Position numbers and translations under genes: made by a program. The notes beneath the pieces are model-generated. The model saw only the letters and a list, made by a program, of their open reading frames with translations. It ran no database searches and was not told where the DNA came from. This document shows, one piece after another, positions 57,821 through 64,000 of a stretch of DNA of 64,000 nucleotides (positions within the stretch are counted from its first letter, which is position 1; every line of letters begins with the position of its first letter). This DNA is from Dehalococcoidia bacterium (lineage in GTDB: Bacteria; Chloroflexota; Dehalococcoidia; Lucifugimonadales; HRBIN23). The stretch is from positions 5,257 through 69,256 of the forward strand of contig JANXCH010000006.1 in assembly GCA_025060295.1 (NCBI GenBank), given 5' to 3'.

Positions 57821-58660
57821 CTATCCATGCCATAGCCGGTGCCACTGGGGCGTGGCCAGCAGACGGGCCACCTGGCATCGGTAGGGCACGCCAGCCAGCC
57901 CCACCCTCCCCACGCACAAGGCCCCAGCGGCCGCCGCCCATCGCACCGCCTCCCACGCTGATCCCGTCTCCCACAGGCGGAGCAGGAACGTGGCGGCGAA
58001 CACATCCCCCGCCCCTGTGGGATCCACTTCTTCCCTCGGGACAACGGGCACCGAGTAGGCTTGACCCCTCACCCACAGCACGGCGCCATCCCGTCCACAG
58101 GTCTTGACCACCAGAGGCACCTTTTGGGCCCACACCGGGAATACGCTGGGATCCTCTACATCCTCTTGGGAAGCGATAAGGACGTCCAGACGCGCCAAGG
58201 GGAAATCGGAGGCAAGGGCACAGGGGAAAATCACTCCGTCACCGCTCCAGTGGCGCAGCCAGCCTTGGAGCGCTGCGCCGATAACGGCTTTGGGGAAGCA
58301 GTCCACAAAGGCGGGGGAGACCTCCTGGGCAACCGGAGCAAGAAGGACAAGGGACGCATCCCGCCAGGACGGGGGGAGGTCGGCCGGCTCTAGCAACGGG
58401 GCACGGCTCAAAAGGCGCTGACGGCGTGTTCCTCCCTCTTGGTAGCGGTTTTCAAAGGCGGTGCACAGGGGGCCGGGCTTGCAATGGACCTCTACCCCCC
58501 GTAGGGAGGGGGCACGGTCGCCGGCGGTGAGCAGAGCCGCGGACACCCCCCAGCGGGCAGCCGTCAGGGCGGCGTACACGGCTGCGCCACCCCAGCGCCA
58601 GCGGCGGGGGGTGCGATCCCGCACGGCGTGGCCGATGGCCAGGAACTGGGGGGCAGGCAC
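57821..58660 (-). CDS. PfkB-family carbohydrate kinase
   Basis: DPTGAGDVFAATFLL signature, 279 aa. Confidence 0.8.
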   Translation of the reverse strand: MPAPQFLAIGHAVRDRTPRRWRWGGAAVYAALTAARWGVSAALLTAGDRAPSLRGVEVHCKPGPLCTAFENRYQEGGTRRQRLLSRAPLLEPADLPPSWRDASLVLLAPVAQEVSPAFVDCFPKAVIGAALQGWLRHWSGDGVIFPCALASDFPLARLDVLIASQEDVEDPSVFPVWAQKVPLVVKTCGRDGAVLWVRGQAYSVPVVPREEVDPTGAGDVFAATFLLRLWETGSAWEAVRWAAAAGALCVGRVGLAGVPYRCQVARLLATPQWHRLWHG

Positions 58661-58664
58661 GGCC

Positions 58665-59438
58665 CTAGGGGGAGGGGGTGTTGGACGCAGGGGGGAGGGG
58701 TTGAGGCGTGCCTTCCTGCCCCGGGCTGTGCCGCGCTGGAGCGGGGCCCTGAGGACGCCCCTGGCGGGGACGATGGGGGGCCCGCCCCTTGGGCACCACC
58801 ACCACCTTACGCTTTTCCCCTTCCCCTACGCTTTCGGTCTTCACGGCCGGGTGGTTGGCCAGGGCCAGGTGGATGATGCGCCTCTCGGCGGGGGGCATAG
58901 GCTCCAGCGACACCGGGTGCCCCGTTTGGGCGACCCGTTCGGCGACCCGAAGGGCGAGGTTCTGCAAGGCTTTGGTGCGGCGCTCCTTGTAGTGCTCCAC
59001 ATCCAGCAGGATTGGGGTATCACTCCCACCCAGGCGGTGGGCCGTGATGAGGTTGACCAAAAACTGTAAGGCGCGCAGGGTCTCCCCTTTGCGCCCAATA
59101 AGGAGGCCGGCGTCTTCCCCGGTGATTTCAATGACGGTGGCCTTGGGGCTATCGGAACGGGGCTGGCCCAGGGTGGCAGTGGCCGACACCCCCATGCTTT
59201 TCAGCAGGGTGTCTACCACCTCTTTGGCTGTTGCAGCGGCCGGGGGAAGGGATACTTTGGGAACCCTGCGCACCCGCACCCGAGCCAACTCGGCCCCAAA
59301 ACCCAAGAAGCCCGATTTCCCCCGGGAGAGGATTTCCACCTCCACCTCGTCCCGTGTGGCTTCTAACTGCCGTAAGGCCAGTTCGATGGCCTCCTCCACC
59401 GTTCGGGCAGAAACCTCAACCTGCTGCTGCTCCTGCAT
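58665..59438 (-). CDS. Jag/KhpB RNA-binding protein (Jag_N, KH, R3H)
   Basis: ARTVEEAIELALRQL, KH region, R3H ERRIIHLAL. Directly downstream of yidC. Confidence 0.85.
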   Translation of the reverse strand: MQEQQQVEVSARTVEEAIELALRQLEATRDEVEVEILSRGKSGFLGFGAELARVRVRRVPKVSLPPAAATAKEVVDTLLKSMGVSATATLGQPRSDSPKATVIEITGEDAGLLIGRKGETLRALQFLVNLITAHRLGGSDTPILLDVEHYKERRTKALQNLALRVAERVAQTGHPVSLEPMPPAERRIIHLALANHPAVKTESVGEGEKRKVVVVPKGRAPHRPRQGRPQGPAPARHSPGQEGTPQPLPPASNTPSP

Positions 59439-59452
59439 GAGGGGCTGGCTCC

Positions 59453-60280
59453 TTACGAGGGGGGGGCCTTTTTGGACTTGGCGCTAGCCTCTTGGGCAGG
59501 TGGAGGCGCAGAAGCCTCCGCAGCCGGAGCCTCCCGAGGCCGGCGCTTCCACAACTCCTCTAGGCCACCCCAGCCGGTTACGAAGTATTGCATCACAATC
59601 CCCACCAGGTTGGATACCACCCAGTACAGGGCCAGTCCACTGGGGAACTGAAAGGTGAAAAAGGTGAACATCAGGGGCATCATCCACAGAAGGATTTGGT
59701 TGGTTTGCTGTTGGCGCGGGTCTTGGGTCGGGTAGGTGGTCATCTTCTGCTGCACCCACATGGACAGGCCCACCAGGAGGGGAAGCACAGGGGTGGGATC
59801 CGGGCGTCCCAGGTCAAGCCACAGGAAGCGGTTGGCCAACGGGATTTGCTGGTGGGCCAGGGCCAGCCAGGAATAGAGGCGTTTGGAGAGGGCCAAAAGG
59901 GACTCGGGTGTAGACGGAACAGCTTCTACGAGGGCCTGGTACAGGCCGATCCAGATGGGGAACTGGATCAGCATAGGGCCTAAACAACCCAGGGGGCTGA
60001 TCCCCGCCTGCCGATACAGGCGCATGGTCTCTTCCGAGCGTTTGCGAGGGTCTTTAGCGTAGCGCTTCTGAATCTCGGCCAGTTTGGGTTGCAGGTCGGC
60101 CATGGCTTTGGTCTGGCGCAACTGCTTGAGGGTGAGGGGGAAAGTAACAAGGCGGATAAAGATGGTGAACAGGATGATGGCGATGCCCAGGTTGTGCCCT
60201 ACGAGGGCATACAAGGCTACCAGGGTGTTGACCATGGGCCTCAGGATGCCCTCGTTCCACAGGAGTCCAATGAACTCCAC
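59453..60280 (-). CDS. yidC: Membrane protein insertase YidC (short form)
   Basis: 275 aa. TFPLTLKQLRQTKAM, GCLPMLIQFPIWIGLY-type core, basic C-terminal tail. Confidence 0.9.
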   Translation of the reverse strand: MEFIGLLWNEGILRPMVNTLVALYALVGHNLGIAIILFTIFIRLVTFPLTLKQLRQTKAMADLQPKLAEIQKRYAKDPRKRSEETMRLYRQAGISPLGCLGPMLIQFPIWIGLYQALVEAVPSTPESLLALSKRLYSWLALAHQQIPLANRFLWLDLGRPDPTPVLPLLVGLSMWVQQKMTTYPTQDPRQQQTNQILLWMMPLMFTFFTFQFPSGLALYWVVSNLVGIVMQYFVTGWGGLEELWKRRPREAPAAEASAPPPAQEASAKSKKAPPS

Positions 60281-60420
60281 TGGACAGTCCTTCCGTTGCC
60301 GTGAGCGGGGGCCAGGCCCCCTATGGGGCCGTTAGTTTCGGCCGCTGAAAACTATGGGATGAAAAAAGGCCTGCCCCTTTCCTTTGTCATACTTGACGAT
60401 ACCAAAAGAGGCCTGGGGCG

Positions 60421-60888
60421 TCAATGGGCGATGTCGGGCGCCGAGGGACGGTTTCTTACCTGGGCCTCCAAGGCTTGCAGGCGCTCCAGCAGTGCCCGCT
60501 CCCGTTCCCAGCGGGCCGTGACATCCCGCATCAGGGCCCCGATGCCCACCACCTGCCCATCCCCCCCTTTGAGCAAAACGATGGTGAACTCTAGGGAGAT
60601 GCGGGAGCCGTCTTTACGGAGGGCAGGTACCGCCAGCACCGTGTGGCCGTATTTGGTTACCCCCGTTTCCATCACCCGCCGATACCCCTCCCAATGGCGT
60701 GGGCGATGGCGCTCGGGGATAATGAGGTCTAGGGAGTGCCCTACCGCCTCCTGGGCCGTCCAGCCGAAGGTGGCCTCTGCGCCACGGTTCCAGAAGCGAA
60801 TCCTCCCCTCCCTATCCGCCACGATGATGGCGTCCATGCTCTGGTCTAGAATCTGCTGGCCGAGCCACGCTCTATCGTCCAGGGTCAA
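60421..60888 (-). CDS. Stand-alone PAS-domain sensor protein
   Basis: MDAIIVADREGRIRFWNRGAEATFGW...ALRKDGSRISLEFTI, 155 aa, no output domain. Confidence 0.8.
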   Translation of the reverse strand: MTLDDRAWLGQQILDQSMDAIIVADREGRIRFWNRGAEATFGWTAQEAVGHSLDLIIPERHRPRHWEGYRRVMETGVTKYGHTVLAVPALRKDGSRISLEFTIVLLKGGDGQVVGIGALMRDVTARWERERALLERLQALEAQVRNRPSAPDIAH

Positions 60889-60897
60889 AGATGCCTC

Positions 60898-61593
60898 CTA
60901 TGGGATGGCTGTCAAGCCTTGCAGGGCTGCCGCACGGAGGCGGGCCAACGCCTGGGCCACCGTCTCGCCTGGGTGGAAGATGGCCGAGCCGGCCACCAGC
61001 ACCCGCGCCCCCGCCTGCACCGCTTGTGGTGCTGTCTGGGGGTTGATGCCCCCGTCTACCTCCAACTCGATGGGGAGGCCCCGGGTGTCCAGCATCCTTC
61101 GCAGGCGACGCACCTTCTCCAGGGTGGAGGGGATGAAGGCCTGGGCGGGAAAGCCGGGGTTGACCGACATCACCAGAACCAGGTCCACATCGGGGAGGAG
61201 TTCCTCTATAGCCGAGAGGGGTGTGGCGGGGTTGAGGGCGACACCCGCCCGTTTGCCCAGACTTTTTATCTGATGCACGACCCGATGCAAGTGAATGCAC
61301 GCCTCGGCGTGGACAGTGAGGATGTCGGCGCCGGCCTGGACGAACAAGGGAATGAACGCCTCGGGGCGCTCTATCATCAGGTGCACATCAAAGGGCACGG
61401 GGCTGTAGGGGCGCAGGGCTTCCACCATACGGGGACCAAAGGTGAGGTTGGGGACGAAGTGCCCGTCCATGATGTCTAGGTGGATGTAATCTGCGCCTGC
61501 CCGCACCGCCTCGGCCACCTGCTCGCCCAGGCGGGCGAAGTCAGCCGAGAGCACCGACGGGGCGATTTTGAGGGTACTAAGGGGGGCGCTCAT
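60898..61593 (-). CDS. rpe: Ribulose-phosphate 3-epimerase
   Basis: ATG 61593 in an ATGA overlap with the argH stop. APSVLSADF, HLDIMDGHFVPN. Confidence 0.9.
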   Translation of the reverse strand: MSAPLSTLKIAPSVLSADFARLGEQVAEAVRAGADYIHLDIMDGHFVPNLTFGPRMVEALRPYSPVPFDVHLMIERPEAFIPLFVQAGADILTVHAEACIHLHRVVHQIKSLGKRAGVALNPATPLSAIEELLPDVDLVLVMSVNPGFPAQAFIPSTLEKVRRLRRMLDTRGLPIELEVDGGINPQTAPQAVQAGARVLVAGSAIFHPGETVAQALARLRAAALQGLTAIP

Positions 61594-62978
61594 TTTTCCG
61601 CAACGGGATCCGTAGCCTTGCCCTGCTCCCAACAGCGGCGGGCGTGCTCCCACTGGGCGCGCACCTGGGCGGGGGCCGTTCCCCCGGGCACGGCACGGGC
61701 GTGCACCGAGGCCAGGGCATCCAGGCGGAGCACATCCTCAGCAAACAGGGGCGAAAAACGCCGGAGTTCCTCGACTGTCACATCGCGCAGTCCTTTGCCC
61801 TGGGCCAGGGCATAGCGGCAAATCTCGGCGACGAGAGTGTGGGCTTGGCGGAAGGGCATCCCCTTACGCACCAGGTAATCGGCGAAGTCGGTGGCCAGCA
61901 GGGTGCCCCCCTCCGCCGCCTGGCGCATCCGCTCCGTGTTCACCTCCATTCCTTGAAGCATCGCAGTCATGACCTCTAGAGAGGGCAGGAGGGTGTCCAC
62001 CGTGTCAAAGAAGCCCTCCTTATCCTCCTGCAGGTCGCTGTTGTAGGTGAGGGGAAGACCCTTGAGCACTATCAGCAGGCCCACCAGGTGCCCTACGACC
62101 CGTCCTACCTTGCCCCGCATGAGTTCGGCGAACACAGGGTTGCGCTTTTGGGGCATAATGCTGGAGCCGGTGGTATACGCCTCGGCGAGACGGATGAAGC
62201 CGAACTCCTCCGACGACCAGATCACCAACTCTTCGGCCAGGCGCGATAGGTGCACCATGCACAGGGCGGCGGCAGAGAGGTAGTCCACGAAGAAGTCTCT
62301 ATCCGAGACGGCGTCCATGCTGTTCTCGCTGATGCGGGAAAAGCCCAGTTCCCGTGCCACAAACTGCCGGTCCACGGGGTAGGGAACGCCCGCCAATGCA
62401 CCGCTCCCCAGAGGGAGCGCATCGGTGCGCTCGTACGCTTGGCGGAAGCGCTGGGCGTCCCGCTCCAGCATCCAGAAGTAGGCCAGCAAATGATGGGCGA
62501 GCACGACGGGCTGGGCGCGCTGTAAATGGGTATAGCCGGGGAGAACGGTTTCGGTGTGAGCTTCAGCCTTCTGAAGGATGACACCCTGGAGGGCGCGCAC
62601 CCGCCGAAGGGTCTCCCCGATGACCTCTTTGGCGTACAGGCGCATGTCCGTGGCCACCTGGTCGTTGCGGGAGCGAGCAGTATGGAGACGCCCTGCCGTT
62701 TCCCCAATAAGGTCGTGCAGGCGCGCCTCAATATTGATGTGCACATCTTCCAGGTCCTCGCGCCAGGGGAAGGTGCCCGCTTCAATCTCCCGCCGAATGG
62801 CTCCCAAGCCCATCACGATGAGTTCAGCGTCTTTAGGGGAGATGATGCCCTGCTGGGCCAGCATACGGGCGTGGGCGATGGACCCGGCGATGTCCTGCCG
62901 GTACAGGCGCCGGTCAAAGCGCAAGGAGGCGGCGTAGGCGATGTGGGGCTTGCTTTTGCCGGCTTCAAAGATGCTCAT
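61590..62978 (-). CDS. argH: Argininosuccinate lyase
   Basis: GSSIMPQKRNP signature, 462 aa. Confidence 0.95.
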   Translation of the reverse strand: MSIFEAGKSKPHIAYAASLRFDRRLYRQDIAGSIAHARMLAQQGIISPKDAELIVMGLGAIRREIEAGTFPWREDLEDVHINIEARLHDLIGETAGRLHTARSRNDQVATDMRLYAKEVIGETLRRVRALQGVILQKAEAHTETVLPGYTHLQRAQPVVLAHHLLAYFWMLERDAQRFRQAYERTDALPLGSGALAGVPYPVDRQFVARELGFSRISENSMDAVSDRDFFVDYLSAAALCMVHLSRLAEELVIWSSEEFGFIRLAEAYTTGSSIMPQKRNPVFAELMRGKVGRVVGHLVGLLIVLKGLPLTYNSDLQEDKEGFFDTVDTLLPSLEVMTAMLQGMEVNTERMRQAAEGGTLLATDFADYLVRKGMPFRQAHTLVAEICRYALAQGKGLRDVTVEELRRFSPLFAEDVLRLDALASVHARAVPGGTAPAQVRAQWEHARRCWEQGKATDPVAEK

Positions 62979-62982
62979 AGCC

Positions 62983-64000
62983 CTACACCTTATACCTCTG
63001 CAAAAGTTGACGGGCGATGACCAGGCGCTGGATTTCGTTGGTGCCCTCGCCGATGATCATGAGGGGCGCGTCCCGATAATAGCGCTCCAAAGGGAGGTCG
63101 CGCAGGTAGCCCACGCCTCCGTGGATGCGCAGCGCGTTCAGAGTAACCTCGGCGCACACCTCGCTGGCCAGCAGTTTGGCCATGCCCGCCTCCAGGTCAG
63201 CACGTTCCCCGGCGTCCTTTTTGCGCGCCGCCTCATAGGTGAGTAAGCGGGCGGCTTGGATTTTGGTATACATATCAGCCAGCATCAGTTGCACCGCCTG
63301 GTGCTCGGCGATGGGTTTGCCGAAGGCCTTGCGCTGTTGGGCATAGCGGATGGCGCGTTCAAAGGCGGCGGTGGCCACCCCCACTGCACGCGCTGCCACA
63401 TTAATCCGTCCCCCCTCTAGCCCGCTCATCACCTGCTTGAAGCCTTCCCCTTCCTTACCGCCCACCAGGTTCTCGGCGGGGCAGCGGTACTCGGTGAAGA
63501 TCAACTCCACCGTGTCCACACCCCGGTAGCCCATTTTGTCCAGTTCCCTGCCCACGCTGAAGCCTGGCCCCTTCTCCACGATGAAGCAGGACATGCCCTT
63601 ATAAGGCGGTTGAGCGGTGGGGTCAGTCTTGGCTAACAGGGCAAAGGTGGTGCCGTGCAGGCCATTGGTGATGAACATCTTGGTGCCGTTGATGATGTAC
63701 TCCTCCCCGTCCCGCCGGGCGGTGGTCTGAATGGACTGGACATCGCTTCCGGCGTTAGGCTCGGTAAGGGCCAGGCCTCCCCTCTTGTCGCCCCGCGCCA
63801 AGGCGGGGAGGAACCGTCGCTTCTGGTCCTCGGTGCCGTAGTGCACTAGGATGTGGGTGAGAATATGATGGGAGCCGATGATGCCACTGACAGCCATCCA
63901 CCCCCGAGAGATCTCCTCAAAGATCATGGCGAAGGTGGTGTAGTCCAACCCCAGCCCGCCATACTCCTCGGGGACATTCAAGCCGAAAAGCCCCATCTCC
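62983..64000 (-). CDS. Acyl-CoA dehydrogenase (N-terminus beyond the right edge)
   Basis: The reading frame is open to the window end. LTEPNAGSD, ...YYRDAPLMIIGEGTNEIQR. Confidence 0.9.
   Translation of the reverse strand, partial: EMGLFGLNVPEEYGGLGLDYTTFAMIFEEISRGWMAVSGIIGSHHILTHILVHYGTEDQKRRFLPALARGDKRGGLALTEPNAGSDVQSIQTTARRDGEEYIINGTKMFITNGLHGTTFALLAKTDPTAQPPYKGMSCFIVEKGPGFSVGRELDKMGYRGVDTVELIFTEYRCPAENLVGGKEGEGFKQVMSGLEGGRINVAARAVGVATAAFERAIRYAQQRKAFGKPIAEHQAVQLMLADMYTKIQAARLLTYEAARKKDAGERADLEAGMAKLLASEVCAEVTLNALRIHGGVGYLRDLPLERYYRDAPLMIIGEGTNEIQRLVIARQLLQRYKV

Noticed and set aside
60281-60420. Expected rnpA/rpmH upstream of yidC, or a small gene in the 140-bp spacer
   Set aside because: The only ORF is a 12-codon ATG...TAG with no resemblance to L34. 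The spacer has short GC hairpins (GGCCG-aaactaa-CGGCC, GGGGGC-CTG-GCCCCC) but nothing assignable. The upstream gene is a PAS protein.

Overview
GC-rich bacterial chromosomal segment, almost fully coding (about 75 protein genes by my reading). I saw no rRNA, tRNA, CRISPR array, transposase or integrase. Most of it is housekeeping in conserved blocks: yebC-ruvC-ruvA; yacL-like-ispD-ispF-cysS; tyrA-aroA-gmk-secG; holB plus a truncated ricT-like gene; lysA; queF-yhhQ; a complete F1Fo operon (atpZ-like, B, E, F, H, A, G, D, C) with a convergent rex; folC; fabF; ybeY-dnaX-ybaB-recR; divergent dnaJ/hsp20; rpe-PAS-yidC-jag; argH. The main finding is at the left edge (1..2710). Minus-strand genes in the archaeal order arlF-like, arlG-like, arlH and the start of arlI form part of an archaellum motor cluster in an otherwise bacterial context. 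A stand-alone cyclic-nucleotide-binding-fold gene heads this cluster, where archaea carry archaellins and ArlCDE/ArlX. Other observations:
- a glutaredoxin-like gene whose first CxxC cysteine codon is an in-frame TGA, followed by a SECIS-like hairpin (candidate selenoprotein)
- three unannotated small membrane ORFs inside the ATP synthase operon
- a Rex-box-like site on the atp promoter
- a split MetE pair with a structured leader
- a symmetric divergent heat-shock promoter with an SD-occluding hairpin
- several palindromes and hairpins in spacers
All coordinates, starts and motifs come from manual reading. No database or folding computation was run. Many long ORFs in the six-frame track are antisense or alternative-frame artefacts of the high GC content.
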